Notes under the pieces: model-generated | What the model saw: the letters and a program-made list of their open reading frames with translations, nothing else | Told to the model about the DNA's origin: nothing | The model's database searches: none | Shown here: positions 44,818 to 58,900 of the stretch, piece after piece | Numbering within the stretch: the first letter of the stretch is position 1 | Layout of the letters: each line of letters starts with the position of its first letter | Origin: a virus | Reading direction: 5' to 3' (one strand) | Virus record (IMG/VR): IMGVR_UViG_3300020470_001965 | DNA length: 64,000 nucleotides | Made by a program: the position numbers and the translations under genes

Positions 44818-46896
44818 ATGGCAGCAATACCATCACAATTAACGTCGTTAGACTTCTTTGAAATCAAAGAATCCATCAGATCATATCTAAGGACTCGAAA
44901 AGAGTTTACTGATTATGATTTTGAGGGATCTTCTGCCAGCTATTTGATTGATATTCTTGCGTATAACACATATTATACTGCTTTCAACGCTAATATGGCG
45001 TTAAATGAAGCTTTTCTTGAGACAGCAACCGTTAGAGATAACATTGTAAGGATTGCAAAGCAGTTAAACTATACACCTAGGTCAATAAAAGCACCTAGAG
45101 CATGTCTAAAAATCATTGCACAGACTACAACTTCATTAAATGGCACAACTTTCCCTGAATATGCGACTTTACAGAAGGGAGATGTCTTTGTAGCAGAGAA
45201 TGATACAGACGATTTTACATTTACAGTAACAAATGACATCAAAGTACCTGTTAATACTACTACAGGACTAGCAACATTCGATAATGTACTGGTTTATCAA
45301 GGTAATTTGATGCAATTCCACTATACAGTGGACTATACTAAGAAACAAGACTTCATTATACCCTCTGAAAATGTTGATACTGGTCTTTTGACTGTTGATA
45401 TCAGTCCAAATGCCCAATCTTCAGAGATTGATACCTATAATTTGGTATCAAATGCTACAGCATTGAATTCTACTTCCAGAATTTACTATTTGGAAGAGAC
45501 AGATGACCTCAGATACCGTCTTTTATTCGGAGATGGGGTATTAGGACGTAAATTGATTGATGGAGAATACATTACAATCAATTATGTGACCACTTATGGT
45601 GTTGATGCTAACGGATGTCGCAATTTTGACTACATTGGTAACATAATTGACTCTGATGGTAGGGTAATATCACCTGGAGCAATCTCCATAGAGACAAAGG
45701 ATGCCTCACAGGACGGCGAAGAGCGTGAAACAGGTCTATCCGTCAAGTTTAGAGCACCTAGAGCGTATGCAACCCAAAATAGGGCAGTTACAGAGTCCGA
45801 TTATGAGCATATTGTCTCGGAAATCTATCCTCAGGCAGCATCAGTGACTGCTTATGGTGGTGAGAAGTTATCTCCACCCATTTATGGTAAGGTTTACGTC
45901 GCAATTCGACCAAAAACAGGAAATAAACTAAACGCTAGCACCAAACAGAAGATTAAAAACGATTTGAAGAAGTATTCGGTTGCTTCTATCGAGCCAGTCA
46001 TCATTGACCCAACAAGTTTCTACATTATTCCGAAATCTTACGTTTACTATAACGGTGGAGAGACTAATTTGACTGGTGCTCAACTTGGTACTAAGGTTTT
46101 ACAAGCAATTGATGAATTTAACACTAATGGACAGAATAATAGGTTTGGTAATCGTTTAGATGGGTCTAAATTTGGCTCTATGATTGATAATGCTGATACT
46201 AGCATTTCTGGTAACGTTACTCAACTCACATTAGGTCAAAATCTTGACCAATTTACGTTTGGAAACGTATTTACTCAATGTTTGGACTTTGGAAACCCAT
46301 TATTCGACCCTTCAGACCTAGCAGGCAACAAAGATGGTGATGCATGTGCTCCATCATTCTCTGTAGTCAAATCTGGGACATTTTATGCCACAGGATACAC
46401 TGAGGATCTTGTGAATTTGACATTAGCGGATGGAACTACCGATGCTTCGGTATCAACTCCCACTATATCAACCAATTCTGCAAATACAGTGTTAGTTGCA
46501 GTAAATATTAGAGATGATGGTAAAGGAAACTTGATTTTGGTTACTAAGAGAGATGAGACTGAGGTAATCCTCAATCCAGCTGTCGGTACCGTTGATTATG
46601 GAAGTGGAAAAGTCTGTGTAGGACCTATAGCAATACAAGGTACTCCTGATGGCACCACAAGACTTCCGATACAGGCATATCCAGCAGGTGGATCACTTGT
46701 AGTTCCTCCTGGTGTTGACCCAACAATCTTTAACCCCGTAGTCAATCCAATTGACTATACAATCAACGATGTTTCAATCCCCAACTTCGATCCTAACAAC
46801 TTTAGTGGTTATAATTATGGTAACGTAGGGGGTATAAATATCATTGATTATCCAACAGATACATTCACGTATCCAGTCAGCGAATCTTGTTTCTAA
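44818..46896 (+). CDS. gp6: Baseplate wedge subunit gp6
   Basis: LDFFEIKESI..YL....FTDYDFEGS....LIDILAYNTYY; FGDGVLG; QNRAVT..DY; YGKVY. Confidence 0.95.
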   Translation: MAAIPSQLTSLDFFEIKESIRSYLRTRKEFTDYDFEGSSASYLIDILAYNTYYTAFNANMALNEAFLETATVRDNIVRIAKQLNYTPRSIKAPRACLKIIAQTTTSLNGTTFPEYATLQKGDVFVAENDTDDFTFTVTNDIKVPVNTTTGLATFDNVLVYQGNLMQFHYTVDYTKKQDFIIPSENVDTGLLTVDISPNAQSSEIDTYNLVSNATALNSTSRIYYLEETDDLRYRLLFGDGVLGRKLIDGEYITINYVTTYGVDANGCRNFDYIGNIIDSDGRVISPGAISIETKDASQDGEERETGLSVKFRAPRAYATQNRAVTESDYEHIVSEIYPQAASVTAYGGEKLSPPIYGKVYVAIRPKTGNKLNASTKQKIKNDLKKYSVASIEPVIIDPTSFYIIPKSYVYYNGGETNLTGAQLGTKVLQAIDEFNTNGQNNRFGNRLDGSKFGSMIDNADTSISGNVTQLTLGQNLDQFTFGNVFTQCLDFGNPLFDPSDLAGNKDGDACAPSFSVVKSGTFYATGYTEDLVNLTLADGTTDASVSTPTISTNSANTVLVAVNIRDDGKGNLILVTKRDETEVILNPAVGTVDYGSGKVCVGPIAIQGTPDGTTRLPIQAYPAGGSLVVPPGVDPTIFNPVVNPIDYTINDVSIPNFDPNNFSGYNYGNVGGINIIDYPTDTFTYPVSESCF

Positions 46897-46901
46897 GATA
46901 G

Positions 46902-49900
46902 ATGCCTACGAAGAATATTAACGTCTCGGATAGGGTAGAATATCAACTACCCGATTTTATTCGGCAGGAAGACAGACAATTAGTCAATTTCTTGTTTGAG
47001 TACTATAAGTCTCAAGAGAAGACGGGTAGACCGTATGATATCCTAAACAACCTTTTAGGATACTTAGATCTTGACCAATATAGCTCAACAGAGTTGTCTA
47101 GTAGTACTCTGTTGCTGAAGGATATTGGTGTTTATGATAAGAAGATAGAAATTGAGTCAATTGATGGATTCCAGCAGAAGAATGGATCCATAATGATTGA
47201 CAATGAGGTCATCTACTACGAGGATGTGACTCGTGGTCCTGATGTCATCATTACTCCAGGTATTTCGTTTGAACAGTTTAATAAGAAGAAGCAACAGTTA
47301 GAAAATCCATTCCAACTGTTTGATGGCGTAGAAACAATATTCCCATTATCATTTTTAGGCACTCCAGTTGCCCCACCTTCTGCTGAACACCTCATTGTAA
47401 TCACTTACAATGAAATGAAGGTTCCTGGAGTTGACTATTTCATTGAAGGTACAAATATCCGTTTCCAGGAACCTCCTAGAATGAGGACTGGTGCTGATGA
47501 CTCAGAATTTACTCAACTTACATATCTAATTGGTTATTCTGACCAAGATATCATTACGACCGATGCGATTCCGTTTGAAGAATGGCAGAATACTAAAAAC
47601 TACCCGCTAAGAGTAAACACACAACCATATACTCCAACATCAGAGATTGGTCTTGTAATTAAGAAGAATAATCGTCTTCAAGTCCCATATACTGATTTCA
47701 CAGTATTCCAAGATAGGGTTGTCTTCAAGAATCCTATTGGTGCTGCTGATAATATCCATATTCGCTCTGTAGAGTATATTGCACCCGCATATGGTTCAGG
47801 TGCTACTGCAATCGCTTCTGTGGACGACGCAGGACAGATTCAAGCACTCATTCCTAAGAAGGGTGGTAGCAAATATAGACTAGATTTCAATCCTAAGGTA
47901 ACTATCCTCTCAACTAGCGGTGGTGGATCTACTGCTAGGTCTCTTATTGGTGGTATTAAGGATGTTACCCTAATTGACGGTGGTCAAGGTTATAGTTCCT
48001 ATAATCCACCTGTTCCTGTTTGTGCTCCTCCGACGAATACCTTCGGAACACCTGCAAAACTGGCACTAACCGTTGATGACACCACTGGAAAGATTGATAC
48101 TGTAACTATTACCAATAGTGGTAGTGGTTATGACTTCATTCCTGCTATTTCCTTCCAAAATCCAGGTGGTGCTACTATTAGTGCTCCTACTATTGATGGT
48201 GAGGGAAGAGTTAACATTGGATCTATCTCTGTATTGACGATGGGTCTGAATTACAGCAATCCACCAACTGTTTACATTGATCCAGCACCTGATGACGGTA
48301 TCAATGCTCAAGCAATATCAAAAATTAACCAAGATGGTCAAGTATACGAGATTAACATAGTTAATCGTGGTAAAGGTTATACTTCCGTCCCTAGAGTCCA
48401 AATTATTGACCCAATTGGTGCTCAGGTGCTTGACGTAACAGTTGCATCTGGTTCAGTTACCAATATTGAGATGTTAACAGGTGGTCAAGGTTATACTGAC
48501 GCTCCATCTGTCTATATTGTTGATGATCGTAAGGATTCCTACGGTGTACCAATCGGAGGCACGGGTGCAACTGCTGCTGCCACGATTTTCAACGGAGAAA
48601 TCACTGATATCAACATTACTAACTTTGGTACTGGATATTCGACTGAATTCCCACCTAAAATCTACATTGCTGAGCCTCAGAAGGCACGTGCATCAGTAGA
48701 TGTAGGATTTGACGAAGTTACTGGTTTTGACATCTTAGAAGAGGGTATAGGATACTCTCCTAGCGCATTCCTAGAGTGCTCCAGGGGCGTTTCTGGACCT
48801 GTTGCTTACGATAACCTTCATAATGAGATATATGCTGGTGAATCTGCTCTGAGGCAGTCAAATCACCTTGCTGGACAAACAGTTATCAATTTAGACTCCT
48901 TATTCATCAAGGAAGTCTTTGATAAGTTCAGAAGACAGTATTTGCCGACTATTGACGTTGATTTTTCGTCAGTTGACCCAATTCAGGTCATTAAAAACAT
49001 TACTGACTTCTATATCAGTAAAGGTACTAAATTAGCGACTCAATATCTCTTCAAAATCCTATTTGGCGAAGATGTTGACCTTTATTATCCAAAAGATGAG
49101 ATTATTAGTCCATCTCACGCTACTTGGGTTGTAGATACAGTTTTAAGGGCAGAATTGATTTCTGGAGACCCTTCAAACCTTATAGATTCGCAAGTTAACC
49201 AATATGCCGATGAAGTAGACCTTAATGTCGCTGCTGCAAGTGCATTAATCGAAAATGTCATCACAATCATAGAAGGAACTGATACAATCTACGAATTGGC
49301 GATTTCTGAAGAAACTTTGGAAGGATCCTTCGTAATTCCTTATAAAACCAAACTTGTAGAGCCATTAACGACTACAGGGCAAATTATTACCGTTGACTCG
49401 ACAATTGGATGGCCTGAGAGAAACGGCACCATCTTAATTGACGATAATGAGACTGTTCAGTATAAAGAGAAGAGTTTAAACCAATTTATCGAATGTACTC
49501 GCTCTAAAAACGGAGTTGTCGAAGATTGGGATCCTGGTACTGTTATTCAGTCGGATATCTTCGTTTATACCAATAAAGGCACTTCTGAAGAGTGTAAATT
49601 AAGAATATTAGGAATTGCTGAAGCAGGAACAACAGTTCTTAACGATACTGGGTCATATTACATAAAAGGCGATAAATTGAAGGTTGCCAACCTTGGATCT
49701 ACTGCTGAAGACCAAAGGTTGTCATCTTGGTTATATAACGTCAAAAAACTGATTCAAGTTACCAGTATTACTCCTGGTGGTGTTAATAACCAAACTGCGA
49801 CTGTAGTTTGCGATAATCCTCATGGATTATTGGTTGAAGACACTGTTACCGTATATGGTGCAAACCCAGTTGTCTATAACGGCACATTTGTCGTTACAGC

Positions 49901-52900
49901 ACGTCTTGACCAATATAGCTTCTCATATGAGATAGCAACCCCTACTGAGATACTTCCTCAAGGTAATATCTTATTATCAGTTGACCTTAACAGAGGTAAG
50001 TCAACTATTGCCTCAATTAATAAGGTCGTTAGTGAATTTACGACTAATATACAAAATGCGTTTTTTAATGATAATTATGTTTATGTTGCTGCTAGTGGCT
50101 TACCCAACTACAAGATTGGTCCTTTCACTGGGTCGGCACTCATCCCAGGAAACCAAAGAAAACTCTTAAGGTTCCCTCGGACAGTACAAACTATTTCAGA
50201 GAGACAAGACGTTTCACCAGGTACCGCAATCGGTTCTTGGATTAACGGTGTTTCTATATGGTCTTATAAGTCAAAAGAATATATTCAATATGGTCCATTA
50301 ACCAATATCAGTGTTGATAACGTTGGTATTGGATATGACGCTGGAGCAAAACCAAACCTAGAAATTACAGGAGGTGGTGGAATAAACGCTGCTGCTGAGG
50401 TAGTAGTTAATGGTGCATTAGAAAGTTTCGATGTAACTGAAGAAGGTAGTGGTTATACTGAGTCACCTTTGGTATCAATCGTTGGTGGCGGTGGTGTAGG
50501 TGCTACTGCACAAGCAGTTATTACTGGTGGTAGAGTAACAAGAATTCTAGTTGAGCAACCAGGCTCAGGTTATACTTCACAACCTAGTGTTTCTATCACA
50601 GGTGGTGGAGGTAGTGGTGCAACTGCAAATGCTAATGTCCGTGGTCCTATTTCTGGCATTACCATTACTAATGCAGGTACTGGATATACTTCACTTCCAG
50701 CTGTTAAGGTTAACTCTGGTGAAGGTGCTTTAGCACAACCAATCGTTATTAACGGTAGAATCGTATCTATCGCTATTATTAACTCTGGTGAGTCCTATAC
50801 GACTGCTCCTAACGTAATCATCAATGGTGATGGATTTGGTGCAATCGCTAAAGCAACTATCGGTCTCACTGGTGAGGATAAAGGGCGTGTATTGGGTGTA
50901 ACCATTACTAACAAGGGTATTGGGTATACACAGGGTATGACGACCGTCAGACTCGAATCAGTGGGTCAATTAGCGACCTTTACACCTACTGTATATCAGT
51001 GGAATAGAAACCTACAATATGACCTTGTTGACAATTATGACATTGCAAGAGGTTATGTCTTTACAGGATATAACAACCAGTTTGGTGGTGAATATGCTCA
51101 CCTATCAGACCCTAAAGAATTAAGATATGTTGTTGGTGATAACGTCTTCTTAGACCCAGTTACTCAACAATTCCAAGAATTAGTAGCTAACTTTAAGCAC
51201 TCTCCAATTATAGGTTGGGCGTTTGATGGTAACCCAATTTATGGTCCTTATGGATATATCGATCCTACTGACCAGAATAGTGGTATCAGAAGGATGCGTA
51301 CATCCTATAAACTTAAATCTAACATCTTGTATGATGAAGCAACTAACCCAAATCCTGCTCGTATAGATGGTCCTGACCTTGAAACTTATCCACCAGGACA
51401 ATTTGTTGCTGACTACTACTATGACTTCCAGTCTGGTGATTTAGACAACTATAATGGACGTTTCTGTAAGACACCTGAGTACCCAGATGGTACCTATGCT
51501 TACTTCATTACAGTTGACTCATCTGATGCTGGTGTCGCTGAATTCCCATACATCATGGGACCACAGTTTAACTCATTACCAGATAACTGGAACTTCTCTC
51601 AAGTAGCAACACAAGAGAATATCCCATCTGGTGTTGTTAGATATAGAGACCCTTATGTTGAGGTTGATATTGACGTTGAGCGTCAACCTAACCAAGAGGC
51701 AGATGTATTAACTACTGAGATTGAAGGATATCCTTTAATCTTTGAAATCCAAGACTCGAATAACGATGGAATAATTGATGCTGATGAGCAGCAAGAAATT
51801 CTGGAGATGTCCGAGGAGGCAACGCTACAGATATATGATTACTTTCCTTCTGTATCAGCAGAATCAAGAGTTGACATCGAAGTTGAAACAACGACCCAAT
51901 TTGAAAACGCTCAAATCGACGGATTCGTAGTTGAGAACCCAGGTGAATCTTATCAGGTAAATGACACCGTATTCTTCGATAATGAAGGTACTGGTGGTTT
52001 TGGTGCATCTGCACTTATTGAATCTGTTAAGGGACAGAAGATAATTGGATACTCTAAGGAGATGATTGGTGACCGTCCTTATGGTCACATCACTACTGAA
52101 ATAGGACATGAGTTACGTCAACAAGACGAAATCATTGTAAATTCTCGTCCTATCATTGATAATACCAGTAAGATATACAGAGTTAAAGTTGTTGCTGGTG
52201 TTGAAAGAATTAATCTAATTCAAGAAGGTACAGGATATGTTGAAGATATCCCACCAACTTTTGAAGTTATAACTCCACAGGGTCAGGATGCTCAACTGGA
52301 GATTATTCGTGAATTGACAGGTCAAGTTAAGACTGTCAATATTATCAACTCTGGTAATGGATATGATGAGGATAATCCTCCTCAAATTAGGGTATCACAT
52401 CCACAGCAATTCAAGAAGACCCGTTATTGGTTATCTGAATATATGGAGGCTGCTGGAGTAATTGATATCCATCATACTGTACAGTCATCTCTGAGATATA
52501 CTTACATTTGTGGTAGTATCACCGAACCTGATGGTGATATGTCAGGTCTTCTTGCTAAGTTTGACGACTTAGGTCAGTTAATCTGGGAAAGGACTCTTAT
52601 ACCTCAGAACGTAGGTCAGAAGAAACTTGAATTCGTCAGGATGCATCTTGATGAGTCTTTAGAAAACGACATGATATATGTCGCAGGTCAGTATTATGAT
52701 CCAAACAACTCTACATTTAATCCAGATGTCTGGATGGCACAGTATGAGTCTGGATTCAATAATGCCAATGCTCCTGACGGTATATTAAAGTGGCAGAAAG
52801 CAATTGCAGGTATATCTGGTAGTACAAGAAGAGACTGGGTAACAAGCATCTGCTTAGACCAAGATAAGAATATCTACCTTGGTGGTTATACTGATAGTAA

Positions 52901-55900
52901 TTCACCAGATCCTAATGATATCTGGATTGTCCAGTGTGATATTGATGGTGACCTTGTAGAGAAGAGAAAGATTGCATCTGCTGATGGATCAGAAGAATTA
53001 TATCAGTTACAGTATATCTCCCAAGATACCTTCATGTTTGTTGGTATCAATAAAGAGAATAATGATGTAATGTATGGTGTATTCTACTATGATGGTGCAA
53101 ACCTAGAAATTAGTTGGATACGTCAAGTCCCTGTTGCTGGTGGATATGTAAGAAACCCACAATTCATCATTGATGAATATGATGATGTTGTCTTGATTTG
53201 GGACATCTATAATAATGGTGCTGCCAAGTATGACAAGATTCAGATTAACAAGTTCCCATTAGCAACTGCTAATACTCAGTGGGAATGGACTAAGACTGTA
53301 ACTGTTTCTGGTAGTCCAGATAGTGTCAGACATGCTGGTATCAGTGTTGATAACTTTGGTAACTATACCCTTGTTACTGATGTCATAGAAAGTCAGAATC
53401 AGCGTTATTCTATCGTTCATTACATGAAGTATGATGGTAGTCTAATTGCTGAGACTAAAGTTGATGATACTGTCAATATTGGTTTCCAAGCAAAAGACCA
53501 TGTTGTTGATAACTCTGGTGATTGCATCCTTACTGTTAATAGGCAGCAATCTGACCAAATGGCAGCATATCGTTTCAACGATGTTCTTGACCTTGACTAT
53601 GACTTCACGAAGCAGAATTTAGCAACATTTAACATCTATTCTCCTTCAGATGCATCAGTTGATACTTCATTCTACAGATTCGGCACTTCAGCACTAAAAC
53701 TAAGTGCAGTTTGCCCAATTAAGCTTTCTGGTTACAATTTATCCAATCCTGAGTTTAGTTTCCAAGGTTGGTTCTCTATGGCGACTGCACAACAGTCTGC
53801 ACAGAATACCAAACCACTATTCTTTGATTTAACTCCCATAACAGGAGATTCCATTCAAGTTGAGCTTGATGGTGATTCAAATAGTGCAAACTTTGAGAAA
53901 TGGGTAATGTATGTTAATAGCGTTGAGGTTGCTACTTCTACCTCTGCTACTAACTGGACTACCTTTGCAGGTGGTGCTTGGTGCCATGTAACCTTCCAGA
54001 AGAGAGAAGAGTCACTTGGTTTATACCGTTATGAGGTATTCATCAATGGTAACCAGCAATTAAGTTATCAGAGCACATCTGATATCAATATGGCAGATAT
54101 GACCATTGCTGGTAAGTATTCTGCTCCTGTATCTGGCACATCCTTTATTGGTTGGATTGATGACCTTGTAGTTGATGATAATGCTCCATATGCTACTGCT
54201 GCATACACTTTACCTACAGATGAGCTTCCAGTAACAACATCTAACTCTGATGTTGCTCTAATTAAGTTTGATAGACTTCATAGTAGAAGAGATTCATATA
54301 CTGCTACAGGTCTAACAAAATATACAGACTTTGCCTTTACTGATGCTTCAGTACAGACTACATGGGTTGCCCTCGCTGCTGGTGCTATAACACTTTGGGA
54401 AACAGGTCCAGGTGGTCTTCAGATATTGGATATGTCTCAGGCACCTTCTACTTACATTCCTGGTACATATACACTAACTGAAAATAATTATGAGTATGCA
54501 ACCAAGACTTCTACGATTCCATCACCTGCTGGTAAGAAATTATTGATTACTGCTGATGTAATCAGTAAGTTCTACATGCGTGATGCTCTATATCAGAAGA
54601 TTGATAATGTAATGGAGTTTACCTTCAGTCAGGATATTAAACTGACTAAGGGTGCTATCTTAGAACAATTCAATGACGCTGGTGTAACTCAGGCATATGG
54701 TACTATTGTTAAAGTGCCTGAAGGCACACTTCTTAACCCTGGTTACGGCACTAAGTACCAGGTTGGTAAGATTTTTGGTACTTTCAATAACACTGATCGT
54801 TACAGGACTACTGCTAATGATGTCAACCAAATAACTGGCACATACTTTGACACAGAAGAGCCAGAAGAGCCTTGGGAAGCAGGTAAGGCATATCTAGCAA
54901 ACGATAAGGTATATTCAGATAAGAAGATTTACCAAGCACAGGGTGCTGGTACATCAGGTAATATTGCACCAACTCATACTGCTGGTGTTGTTAGTGATGG
55001 TGTAATTAACTGGGCATTCATCGATGATGCTGGTAAGTTTACTATTGACTTAACAGAGCATCCTCATCCTAGACCTCAATATCTTGGACTTGATATGCCT
55101 GAGTGGGTAGATGGTCTTCTATATGTTGAAGGACAGCAAGTTTGGCATAAACTCAATGTATATGAAGTAGCAGTAGGTGGTGCTGGTGTTGCAGGTACAA
55201 CTCCTCCTACACATACTACTGGTAGTGCTTCAGATGGTGGTGTAACTTGGGATTATAAGTCAACCAGTGAAGCAATTGGAACCTATGCTAGAAACATGGG
55301 TTATGACCAAGGTAACAACTATTCAGTCCAGATTGTAGAGATTCATCCTGGATCAACATTCATTCCAGAAGACGTTGTAAGTCTTAATGCAGATAACATT
55401 ACTGTTGCTGAAGATGAGAAGAGTGTTGTTGTCTCTGGATTCGCTTCTGTTAAGAAGATTCGTGTTACTGCAAGATTAGAGAAAGACTTAATAAGGACTG
55501 GTGAGGTTAGGACTAAGTATGTCTATGCCACATCAAATAGTGCTCATGGATTTGCAGCAGGTGATATTCTATTCACTGAAGGATTCCAAGGTATTCAATT
55601 CAATGGTAGTTTCTTTGTAGACCAAGTAATTGGTACTAGAGAGTATACATTTGGTATTAGGGATACTGCTGTAAGTGATCCAACATTCAATAACAATGCG
55701 ATTAATAATGTCAACATATATGCCAAGCACCCAACATTAGAATTTACTAGAAATCATCAGTATGTCTTTGACATATCTGATACTTCAAACTTTGGTTATT
55801 ACCTATCCTTCTCTCAGGATAACCAGTATAAACTGGAATACTCATTTAACAATATCACTAGGTCTGGTACTCCTGGAGTTCCTCTTGGTGGTGGTAGCTA

Positions 55901-58900
55901 TCCATTTGTTAAATTCTCAGTATTAGGTGATGTAACTAATATCTCATACTACTTTGACCCATCTAGGGTTGGTGCTAATTCACCTGTTGGTGATAATTCA
56001 TTCATTGATGTTATTACTACTCCTTATCAGGGTACATTTAAGATATCAGAAGTCATTGGTGACTATGAGTTTAAATTCCCTCTACTTAAGGAACCAGAAA
56101 GACAGAATGCTGAGATAATTAATGACGAGTTTGATAATCCATATTCTTACTATTCAACTACTTCTACAAGAGCAGTTGGACCTATAAACAGCATTAAGTT
56201 AGTTGCTGCTGGTGGATTCTATCAGAAACTACCAATCATTAGTGATATAGCATCCTTCAGACAGATTGAGAAGTGTGTTATAACCTCTGGAGGTACTGAA
56301 TATGCTCCAGGTGTCTATTATGACGTTCCTATTGATGGAGATGGTGAAGGTGCTAAATGTACTATTACTGTTGAAGTTGATGATGAAGTTGGGTCAGGCA
56401 CACTGACTGATGTTGCTGTAACCGACCCAGGTAAAGGATATACTATTGCATCTATTGATATTGATGCAATACCAGGAATACTTGGTAGTCAGTTAGCAGG
56501 ATCTGGTGGTACTGTTGATGTTATCATTCCTGATGAAGGTAGCGGTGCTTCTGTCTTCTTAACAGGTACTAATATTGGTAAGATTAAGAGACTGAAGAAT
56601 AATGAGTTTGGTTTCGGTTATTCTCACGATTATACCCTGAAACCTGAAATTACCTTCCCAGTTAACCTTCAGTTATTCAATACTTCAATACTTTCCGAAA
56701 TTAAGATAACTGACCCAGGTGCTGGCTATACTTCAACTCCTGCTGTCGTAATCGAAGGTGGTGGAGGTAGTGGAGCAGAAGCAGAGGCAGTTATTAAGAA
56801 TAACCGTCTAAACGAGATTATTATTAAAAACCCAGGCGCAGGATACTCATCTGAGCCTACAGTAACTTTAAAGTCTGAATTTAACTATGTTGTTAACTTA
56901 GACCTTAATTATCTTCAATTTAACTTCCCACATGGTATTACAACTGGTGCTGAAATTACATTCCGTGCAGATAACGTAGGAAGCACAGTTGGTGAATTAC
57001 CTAAGCCATCTACCGCAGGTTTGACAAGTTTGGTAGAAGGACAGGTTTATTATGCTATTGCTGGTGAAGCAGCTGGTTTAGAGTCTGACCAAATCAGATT
57101 TGGTTTAACTTTACAATCTGCACAGGCAGGTGATTATATTACCTTCCTGACCCAAGGTAGTGGTCGTCAGACACTTCTAACTGAGGTATTCGGTGGTAAA
57201 GCAACTGCTGTTGTAGAAACCTCCAGATTCCTCGAAGGAGAGCAAGTATTCCAAGGATCTGCGATAGAAACACAAACTGCAATTGGTACTGTATCTACAA
57301 ACACTGGTTGGCAGATTGGACCTAAGATTCTTAAGATTGTTGATTATACTGGTGATTGGATTGCTGGAGAGAAAGTAACAGGTGTTATTTCTAAAGCATC
57401 AGGTCTTATTGATAACCTGAGCATTGCTCGTGGTGTATTAAATATTGGCTCCCTAACGAAGACACCAGGCCGATTTATTGATGACGTTGGTAAGCCTTCT
57501 GAGATTGTCCAGAAGATACAGGATAGTTTCTTCTATCAGAACTTCTCATACGTTATTCAGTCACAGACTCCTATCACAGAGTGGAAGACTCAAGTATTAG
57601 AGAATAACCACCCTGCTGGTTTCAATATGTTTGGTCAGTTACAACTGACTGGTGGTAAGGACGTATCTGGTCGTAAGATTGGTACTGAGTTTACTAAGCA
57701 GGTAAACATCAACAACTACAGTAATGTTAACCAGATAACCTCATTTGGTGCAGCACAACCAATATACACTGATTATAACAATACTGAGGTTCTTTTCCGT
57801 AAGAAGCGTTTGACATCTTCTGAGGAAATTCTAACTTCTATTGTTAAGAAACTGGATGATATTTCACCACAGTTTAATGGTATAGACAAGCAATTCCCAA
57901 TTACTGTTGAGGGTGAGCAAGTTATTGTCCAACAGAATCAGTTGATGATTACACTTAACGGTGTTATTCAGTCTCCTGGTGAATCTTATCAGGTTGTTGG
58001 TCCTAACTTAGTATTCTCTGAACCACCTAAACCAGCATCTAAAGTTAACTATAGAATCTTAGGAGTTACTCCTACACCTATCTACAGAATTGCACTTTAC
58101 ACTTCTGGTGGTGGCACTAACTTTGGTATCTTCCCAACAATGGGACAGCAAGTCCAAGGTGTATTCTCAGATGCTGTTGCAACTGTTATAGATTCTGGAT
58201 TAGCACATATTGATGTTATTAACGTAACTGGTGGTACTTTCCAACTCAATGAAGAGATTGTAAGAGGTGAAATCTTCTCTGCTCTTATCGAATCTGTCGA
58301 ATTGGTTAATACTGAAACTATCTTTGAGTTTGGTGAGACTATTACTAACCTTGAAGGTGATACTGCTATTATTGAAGAAACTAACGTTGTTGACGGTGTT
58401 GTTAATGACCGTTTAGTTGTTTCTAAGACTTCAGGTACTGCTAAGTTTGAAACTGGTATATTTGACCTTAAACTCAACGAATACGTCTATTCTGCCTCAT
58501 CTAAGATTGCAGGACAGATTACATTCATTTCTCCATACATTGACCCAATAACAAGTGAAGTTGTTGACGAATTAATCATCAACAGAGGGTCTACATTCTT
58601 CGGATTGCTATTTGAGCGTCTTGTAAGTTTGGAGAATCCTAATGTCATCCTAGACGACATTTCACAATCTTCTATTACTCCTACTGAGCTTTATAACCCA
58701 GATGAGCGTATTAACGCTGATTTCCTTGATTTTGAAGAAGTAAGGACTACAGAAATCACTTATACCAATCTTGCCAATGGTACGATTGAAGTTGGTGATA
58801 GAATCGTTTCTAAGGACGTAGATTACGGAAACCCAGTTTCTACCTTCCACGGTATTGCTGCAAACCGATTCTTAGACGCAAAACGCAACGTTGCTAATAA